Source: a virus (Duplodnaviria; Caudoviricetes). Taken from it: a stretch of 32,729 nt of DNA. Both the position numbers and the translations under genes were made by a program. Position 1 is the first letter of the stretch. Each line of letters opens with the position of its first letter. The stretch is from IMG/VR virus record IMGVR_UViG_3300037424_002527, positions 1 to 32,729 of that record; one strand, given 5' to 3'. The notes below the pieces were generated by a model. It was not told the origin of the DNA. It saw nothing but the letters and a program-made list of their open reading frames with translations, and searched no databases. Below are positions 27,966 to 32,729 of this stretch, in pieces.

Positions 27966-28535
27966 TATGTTCTCTATTGTTTAGCTTCTATGTTCTCTGA
28001 CATGTAATATGTCTGTTCTCTATAGTGACGGCAGTCTGTTCTCTATATCGTCAGTTGTACTCTGTTCTCTAATTATACATCTGTTCTCTCTAAAGTTTAT
28101 TTCGATGCTCGCTTCAACGGCGATATACGCGTGGGTATATCTTCCTCCACGAACCTTTTTCTTGAATATTTCTACCCAAGCAGGTCGCATTACATCGGCG
28201 CCTGTTACTTTTAAGAACAATCGGTCTTCGCCTAAAGGCTATGCCCGACGCAGTAATTTCAACTGTATACAACTGCTAGGATTATATTGATGTCTGTCCT
28301 CTCCTCTGGGATAGTCTCTATCGCGTCTGTTCTCTTTATCTTTTATTTCCCACAATCTGTTCTCTATTATTTATAGATACTATCTGTTCTCAATCACGAT
28401 TTATCTGTTCTCTGATTCTATTGCATCATTTATCTGTTCTCTTTACCCATTGCTCGTCCGTTATCTTATGGCAAAATATCATCTGTTTTCTAAATTTCTC
28501 TTTTCTGTTCTCTTAGTTTCAAGAATCTGTTCTCT
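27966..28535. repeat. Two-cluster array of the 10-bp direct repeat TCTGTTCTCT (AGAGAACAGA on minus) with unique spacers
   Basis: Copies start at 27966, 27989, 28012, 28035, 28061, 28080 and at 28293, 28326, 28356, 28383, 28404, 28433, 28457 (degenerate), 28482, 28504, 28526; 10 exact copies, the rest with 1-2 mismatches; spacers 9-23 nt. Confidence 0.92.
28221..28253 (-). repeat. REP-like palindrome in the core between the two repeat clusters
   Basis: Minus strand CTGCGTCGGGCATAGCCTTTAGGCGAAGACCGA. Confidence 0.65.
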
Positions 28536-29544
28536 TAAATTCTGTCAAAGATTTACCGGCCCATACTGCTTTATATTTAAGCTTCATACAAAAAGCATAC
28601 CAACAGTTCTCAAGGCCAAGTATCGATTTTCCTTCCTGCATCTCCTTTTTAATATCTCTTTTTTCAAGTTCTATTGCATCATAACCTTTGATAATGCGTG
28701 AGGTAAGATCGTCAATAAACTGTTTGCGCAAGTTTGTAATTCGTCGATATATAGCACCGATTTTTACTTTCTTCCAACGCCTCGAGCCATTTGTTCTTTT
28801 CTTTAAGAGACGACCAAACGCTTTAATTTTTTCAAGATACTGCTGCTGAAAATGAGGCATCTCGATCTCTTCGCCATTCAAAATAATCCATGAAGTAGTG
28901 CCCAATTCAATATGGGCGATCTCTTTTATATCAGTTACCGGCTGTATATCTTCATCCCAGGAACACATGATACTTATAAACCATTTTCCTCTATCTTTCT
29001 TCACAATGGCTTGCCGTATCTCTCCTTTCAGATCCTGTGTCTTTTTGAATCGTAACCAGCCAATCGTCGGGAGGTACACCTTGTCATCAATCACCTTTAT
29101 ACCCATAGGAAACCGTATCGTCTGGCGTGTTCCCTCTTTCTTAAAATGGGGAAATCCTGGAGGGCCCGATTTGTCCTTTATTCTACGAAAGAAATGTTTC
29201 AAGGACGTCGATACATCCCGCATAGCCTGCTGAAGCGGTTGTGAGGGAATATCCGCAAGCCATGTATACCCCTCTTGTTTCTTAAGGGAAGTAAGTTCCT
29301 TTATAAGATCAACCCACGTCGGTATTTTCTTTTTTTTAGCCGTAGTCTGCTCACCCTCGCGCTTTTCAGTCTCCGCCGTGTCTTCAAGTGGCTCCGGCTC
29401 TTTCTTTTCAAACGCAGCTTTTATGCGGCCCAATCCATAATTATAAACTACCCGAGTTCCCTCGGCGCACTGCTCTAAAATATCGTTCTGACCCTTCCGA
29501 GGACGCAAGACAAATTTATAACTCTTTTTTATGGAGACCAACAT
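28519..29544 (-). CDS. tnpB: TnpB-like protein, RuvC-degenerate and truncated (TldR-like, probably nuclease-dead)
   Basis: KSYKFVLRP...TRVVYNYGL, WLADIPSQPLQQAMRD, GFPHFKK, VYLPTIGWLRF, GKWFISI and LKYKAVWAG are TnpB hallmarks; RuvC-I GIDLG reads HIELG; zinc finger and RuvC-III are absent. Confidence 0.85.
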   Translation of the reverse strand: MLVSIKKSYKFVLRPRKGQNDILEQCAEGTRVVYNYGLGRIKAAFEKKEPEPLEDTAETEKREGEQTTAKKKKIPTWVDLIKELTSLKKQEGYTWLADIPSQPLQQAMRDVSTSLKHFFRRIKDKSGPPGFPHFKKEGTRQTIRFPMGIKVIDDKVYLPTIGWLRFKKTQDLKGEIRQAIVKKDRGKWFISIMCSWDEDIQPVTDIKEIAHIELGTTSWIILNGEEIEMPHFQQQYLEKIKAFGRLLKKRTNGSRRWKKVKIGAIYRRITNLRKQFIDDLTSRIIKGYDAIELEKRDIKKEMQEGKSILGLENCWYAFCMKLKYKAVWAGKSLTEFKRTDS

Positions 29545-29546
29545 TT

Positions 29547-29738
29547 CTAGTAGCCCTCTTCCGAAAAGTACAGAGAGTCAGATTCTCCCATTTCCTCTAC
29601 CATAGGTTCAAAAAAAGGGTGTTGTTCTGTATAAGATTGCCCGCGTTCTGCACATTCTAAAGAGCAAAATCTATATTCGTTAATTTGGATGATAGTTCTT
29701 TCGTGTGTCTTTTTATGACATTCTGCGCAATAATCCAT
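29547..29738 (-). CDS. Small C2-C2 zinc-finger protein (MYM/TRASH-like)
   Basis: CAEC...FCSLEC; GAGG RBS; stop 2 nt before the tnpB-like start. Confidence 0.65.
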   Translation of the reverse strand: MDYCAECHKKTHERTIIQINEYRFCSLECAERGQSYTEQHPFFEPMVEEMGESDSLYFSEEGY

Positions 29739-29753
29739 CTTTCTACCTCTCTT

Positions 29754-29782
29754 GCCCGAAGAAGCCGTTAGGCGTAGACGGG
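29754..29782 (+). repeat. REP-like palindrome, intergenic
   Basis: GCCCGAAGAAGCCGTTAGGCGTAGACGGG. Confidence 0.55.
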
Positions 29783-29784
29783 TG

Positions 29785-29946
29785 CTAGTATTTTATCAAC
29801 AGCCGTCTCTTTAAAAGAGTCGTATCGTTTTTAAGTGTATCAATCGATCTTTTTAATTCCTTAAATCTGTCCAAAAATATAAAGGACAGATAGATTTGGC
29901 CAAAAATAATCAACAAACAAATGGGCCACCATCTTCGAATAAGCAT
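29785..29946 (-). CDS. 53-aa membrane-anchored peptide (MLIRRWWPICLLIIFGQIYLSFIFLDRFKELKRS...)
   Basis: GAGGA RBS; TM helix plus short coiled-coil; fills the gap in the minus-strand operon. Confidence 0.6.
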   Translation of the reverse strand: MLIRRWWPICLLIIFGQIYLSFIFLDRFKELKRSIDTLKNDTTLLKRRLLIKY

Positions 29947-29958
29947 GTGATCCTCTTT

Positions 29959-30504
29959 TTAAAAAGGTAACTCTTCTTGATCATCACTTTCAGGGTTGGG
30001 ATATTCAACAAATGTGTCCTGCGCTGTGTCCTGCGACATGTCCGCCGTAGCTTTTAGCGCAGGAGGAAGCGTAGCTCCCTCCGACGCCAAGGCTTTTGCG
30101 GACGGGCGGAGAGCGGAGGGGGAAGCTTTGGTGAAGTCGAAGACTGGTACCGTTGTTTCTTTGGGCACTAGAGCGATACGTTCCATAGGAAATACTTTGT
30201 CGGCAACCATGATGATCCTTGTTCGTTCTATTCCCGAGTTCTTATCAAGCCACCTCTCTTGCTTTAAACGACCCTCTACCGTTACCGAAATTCCCTTTTT
30301 GAGATAGTGGTGGGCAAAATCAGCTTCTTTGTTCCATGCCTCACAATCCATAAAGAGAATATCTTCTTTCTCATCGCCTTTTCTTGTTTTAAAGGTATCT
30401 ACCACACACACAACAATTTTAGCCACCGAACCAAATTCAAATGATTTTATTTCTGGATCACGCGCTAATCTTCCCGATAAAATAACCCTATTTATCGTAG
30501 CCAT
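29959..30504 (-). CDS. ssb: Single-stranded DNA-binding protein
   Basis: INRVILSGRLARDPEIK, LKKGISVTVEGRLKQERW, acidic tail ending EELPF; likely start ATG 30504. Confidence 0.95.
   Translation of the reverse strand: MATINRVILSGRLARDPEIKSFEFGSVAKIVVCVVDTFKTRKGDEKEDILFMDCEAWNKEADFAHHYLKKGISVTVEGRLKQERWLDKNSGIERTRIIMVADKVFPMERIALVPKETTVPVFDFTKASPSALRPSAKALASEGATLPPALKATADMSQDTAQDTFVEYPNPESDDQEELPF
30039..30107. repeat. Pair of inverted REP-like palindromes, in frame in the SSB linker
   Basis: TGTCCGCCGTAGCTTTTAGCGCAGGAGG (30039-30066) and minus-strand GCCCGTCCGCAAAAGCCTTGGCGTCGGAGGG (30077-30107). Confidence 0.75.
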
Positions 30505-30518
30505 ATTGATCTTTCGCA

Positions 30519-30580
30519 TTGACAAGTATTTTTAAATTTCTTACTATGAATATAATAGGAAATTAATAAGGAAGAGTCAA
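30519..30580. promoter_or_regulatory. Overlapping divergent sigma70-like promoters
   Basis: Plus: TTGACA 30519-30524, 17 bp, TACTAT 30542-30547. Minus: TTGACT 30580-30575, 17 bp, TATTAT 30557-30552. Confidence 0.7.
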
Positions 30581-30599
30581 GTTGTTTTGAAGGATTGAA

Positions 30600-30812
30600 A
30601 TGATAGAAAAAGATTTCGACTATGTTAAAGAATTAGATTCGCTTCGCGCTCGCTTGTTTTTGCGCATAGAAGAAGATCCGGCGTTTATTGCAAAGTTATC
30701 GCAAGAAGTTCCTGTTGGATTGAAGGCGCTTTTTAATCTTATAAAGCCTGGGTGTCCACCAAGAAAAAGTACATTAATAAAGATACGTGGTTTCTTAGAT
30801 AGAGGAAAATAA
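30600..30812 (+). CDS. Cro/XRE-like helix-turn-helix protein
   Basis: IAKLSQEVPVGLKALFNLIK...PRKSTLIKIRGFL; first gene after the divergent promoter. Confidence 0.6.
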   Translation: MIEKDFDYVKELDSLRARLFLRIEEDPAFIAKLSQEVPVGLKALFNLIKPGCPPRKSTLIKIRGFLDRGK

Positions 30813-31199
30813 GTGAAAAAACTACTACTCATTACCCTTATAACTATGTCTTCACAGGCATTGCCACCACAAATTGAAGACTGGTTTAAAAGATACGAAG
30901 AGAGTACATCGGTTCCGACACCCGAAAAAGATCCCAATGATACTTTCAGCAAAGTAGACGCTTCAACAAAAGAAGATATTCAAAGAAATATTACCGCGGG
31001 GTGTCTTCAGTGCACCGCAGAACTCCTCAACGGAAATATCACAAAACAAGAACGAGAACACGCCAGATGGCAACTGAGCATCTTGAAGGGTCATCCCTTC
31101 TATGAAACTAGGAACGTTCCTCCTGCGCTCTATGAGCTACGGCGGACAGGCAGCCACGTGCCCGATCCGTTGATGGGAAGAGAAGAAGATATGTATTAG
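30813..31199 (+). CDS. Secreted hypothetical protein
   Basis: Signal peptide MKKLLLITLITMSSQA; GAGGA RBS with GTG start. Confidence 0.7.
   Translation: MKKLLLITLITMSSQALPPQIEDWFKRYEESTSVPTPEKDPNDTFSKVDASTKEDIQRNITAGCLQCTAELLNGNITKQEREHARWQLSILKGHPFYETRNVPPALYELRRTGSHVPDPLMGREEDMY
31119..31151 (-). repeat. REP-like palindrome, in frame in CDS
   Basis: Minus strand GCCTGTCCGCCGTAGCTCATAGAGCGCAGGAGG. Confidence 0.75.
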
Positions 31200-31211
31200 T
31201 CAGTAGGCGGA

Positions 31212-31240
31212 GTCCGATGTAGTCACCAGACGTAGACGGA
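31212..31240 (+). repeat. REP-like palindrome, intergenic
   Basis: GTCCGATGTAGTCACCAGACGTAGACGGA. Confidence 0.5.
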
Positions 31241-31254
31241 AGGTTATCACCACG

Positions 31255-31566
31255 ATGAAATCGACACGATATGATCGAAATGAGATTAGCAATATGGCTC
31301 GAGATATTTTGACGAACTACCAGAAGTCAAAACATTACGTGTCGGGCGAAGCTCGAAGAGCGAAGCCTGATCGTTCAGACACGGAAGATGTATGGGATAT
31401 TTTATACAAACAAACAAAGGAGTTATTTAGTTTTTTAATGACCACAGAGAAATCCCTTTTGATGGACATGGACGAGTTTCAAGAAAAACTTCCCCTCTTA
31501 ATGGATATCTATGAGGTAGCCCGGGAAAAGAAGTTAAAAACAAAACGGACATATCAAACTTTTTAG
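31255..31566 (+). CDS. Hypothetical protein
   Basis: 103-aa helical ORF in the + strand operon. Confidence 0.65.
   Translation: MKSTRYDRNEISNMARDILTNYQKSKHYVSGEARRAKPDRSDTEDVWDILYKQTKELFSFLMTTEKSLLMDMDEFQEKLPLLMDIYEVAREKKLKTKRTYQTF
31341..31370 (+). repeat. REP-like palindrome, in frame in CDS
   Basis: GTCGGGCGAAGCTCGAAGAGCGAAGCCTGA (encodes SGEARRAKP). Confidence 0.65.
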
Positions 31567-31576
31567 AGGTAAAACA

Positions 31577-32080
31577 ATGTTGAGAAAGATACTATCGGTA
31601 GGAATGCTTATCTGTGTGTTCACTGCAAGCTCAGTACCTAGCATCGTAAAGAGAGGAAATACCTTTTATGCGATGGATAAAGAAAAAGCATCCCGTATTC
31701 CCCATGAACTTGTTTCAAAAGAATTACGCACGGTAAGCAACGAACAGCTTAAACGATTCTTAACGGGTGGCCATGGCTATCTTAAATTGAATAAGACGCA
31801 TTCTGGTGAATATAGTTTAGATTATGCGGTGCGTGGTGAAGGCGGTGGCGCACTAGGAGTAACTGCTGGAGCATGGTTTGGTAAAGCAATTGTTTCTGTT
31901 GTTTGCCATGGAACTATCATGATTATCGGTGCTGGTGTAGGCTTAGTGGCTACCCCAGTGGCAGGAACTGCTTTTATTATTGCTGCAGAAAGTACATGTG
32001 GAGCTGCCATTGAAACTGCAAGTCTTGCAGGGGCTATCGGATTTGGGATTCTTGGTGGAGTTGCCACAGGAATTGCATAG
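31577..32080 (+). CDS. Secreted protein with a Gly/Ala-rich hydrophobic C-terminal domain
   Basis: Signal peptide, soluble domain, VRGEGGG, then about 75 nearly uncharged residues with GxxxG motifs. Confidence 0.75.
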   Translation: MLRKILSVGMLICVFTASSVPSIVKRGNTFYAMDKEKASRIPHELVSKELRTVSNEQLKRFLTGGHGYLKLNKTHSGEYSLDYAVRGEGGGALGVTAGAWFGKAIVSVVCHGTIMIIGAGVGLVATPVAGTAFIIAAESTCGAAIETASLAGAIGFGILGGVATGIA

Positions 32081-32109
32081 TTCTTTTCCTTATGTACAAG
32101 GAGTAAAGC

Positions 32110-32217
32110 ATGTTGTATTGGTATGAAATATGCGTTGCCACCCTCGTTCTACATATTTGTTGGCATTATGATTTATATTATAAAACATTCTTATATTACA
32201 GGCGAAAGAAGTCGTGA
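32110..32217 (+). CDS. 35-aa hydrophobic/aromatic peptide
   Basis: AAGGAG RBS; GTGA overlap with the next ORF. Confidence 0.45.
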   Translation: MLYWYEICVATLVLHICWHYDLYYKTFLYYRRKKS

Positions 32218-32360
32218 CTCAATTACTACATACAATAATTGGCATACTTATTTTCAATATAATATTTCATATTTTTCTTAAAAAAACTCCCTATATTCAA
32301 GAGGAAATATATAGAAAAATTCCAACCTTTCTTAAATATTTTTGGATGACAAAAAAATGA
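32214..32360 (+). CDS. 48-aa single-TM peptide
   Basis: GTG start overlapping the previous stop; LLHTIIGILIFNIIFHIFL. Confidence 0.45.
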   Translation: MTQLLHTIIGILIFNIIFHIFLKKTPYIQEEIYRKIPTFLKYFWMTKK

Positions 32361-32383
32361 TATTCAAAGGATAGGATCACCCT

Positions 32384-32638
32384 ATGGATCATCTTGTCAT
32401 AATTTCTCTATGTTTATGGTGTGCAGTCGTCTGCTATGTGATTTCCCGTATCTATGAGGTATGGTCACATGAAGATACGCTTTTCTTTAGACATAGAGTC
32501 CTTAAATTTTGCGTAGTGGGACTCGTCGCAGGAATTGTCTACAGTGTCTGTAGAAATTTTCTTGACCACCATATTTCTTTAGGTATTTCGGTATTTATTT
32601 CTTTTATAATTGGTTTTCTGTTTGATAGCTATAATTAA
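32384..32638 (+). CDS. 84-aa three-TM membrane protein
   Basis: Three hydrophobic segments; AGGA RBS. Confidence 0.65.
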   Translation: MDHLVIISLCLWCAVVCYVISRIYEVWSHEDTLFFRHRVLKFCVVGLVAGIVYSVCRNFLDHHISLGISVFISFIIGFLFDSYN

Positions 32639-32658
32639 GGGAAACGGAAAGGAAATCT

Positions 32659-32729
32659 TTGGAAGATATTTTATTCAGGATCCTTCTAGCGTTCCTTGTA
32701 TCGGGATTAACTAGTTTTCTTTTAAATAT
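32659..32729 (+). CDS. Start of another small membrane protein (runs off the window)
   Basis: AAAGGA RBS, TTG start, EDILFRILLAFLVSGLTSFLLN. Confidence 0.35.
   Translation, partial: MEDILFRILLAFLVSGLTSFLLN

Larger units (their letters stand above)
1..32729. mobile_element. Podovirus-like phage/prophage genome segment
   Basis: Colinear terminase-portal-scaffold-capsid-tail-ejection-fibre gene order with tight spacing; no tape measure or sheath gene; no housekeeping genes; no att site or integrase seen, so boundaries are unknown. Confidence 0.93.

Noticed and set aside
28009-28290. ORFs 28009-28290 (+) and 28020-28220 (-) in the array
   Set aside because: They read through the repeats (RENR/REQ), lack a clear RBS and resemble no family I recognise; probably spurious.
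27966-28535. Canonical CRISPR array
   Set aside because: The repeat is only 10 bp and non-palindromic, spacers are 9-23 nt and irregular, and no cas1/cas2 is present; kept as an unclassified array.
29547-29738. Zn-finger ORF as the displaced zinc finger of the truncated TnpB
   Set aside because: Its CxxC...FCSxxC pattern is MYM/TRASH-like rather than the TnpB ribbon, and it lacks the RuvC-III DRD.NAA motif.
30013-30035. TGTGTCCTGCG tandem duplication in ssb
   Set aside because: A simple 12-nt in-frame duplication in the disordered linker (QDTAQDT); no wider pattern.
1-32729. Alternative genetic code, tRNA or rRNA genes
   Set aside because: Genes are full length under the standard code with all three stops used; no cloverleaf or rRNA-like sequence recognised.

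Overview
The whole window reads as one tailed-phage (podovirus-like) genome segment, or prophage. It has a + strand morphogenesis module (terminase small/large, P22-like portal, scaffold, N4-gp56-like major capsid, tail adaptor/nozzle, three ejection-like proteins, a 1346-aa beta-repeat fibre and modular small fibres including a Kelch propeller), flanked by regulatory and accessory genes (two ribbon-helix-helix proteins, a Cro-like HTH, SSB, secreted and small membrane proteins). No integrase, replicase, endolysin, tRNA or CRISPR-Cas is recognisable. The style of the secreted ORFs suggests, by inference only, an intracellular host such as Dependentiae/Babelota or Chlamydiae. The main oddities are: (1) a RuvC-degenerate, C-terminally truncated TnpB-like gene inside a phage operon whose 3' end runs straight into a two-cluster array of about 16 copies of a 10-bp repeat (TCTGTTCTCT) with unique spacers; (2) a 333-bp non-autonomous IS200/IS605 element with omega/HEARO-like architecture inserted exactly between the RBS and ATG of a membrane-protein gene; (3) a capsid-gene leader made of three tandem pseudoknot-like units with a compensatory change; (4) a family of about 9 REP-like palindromes, most of them in frame inside genes; (5) one inverted structural gene in the tail operon.
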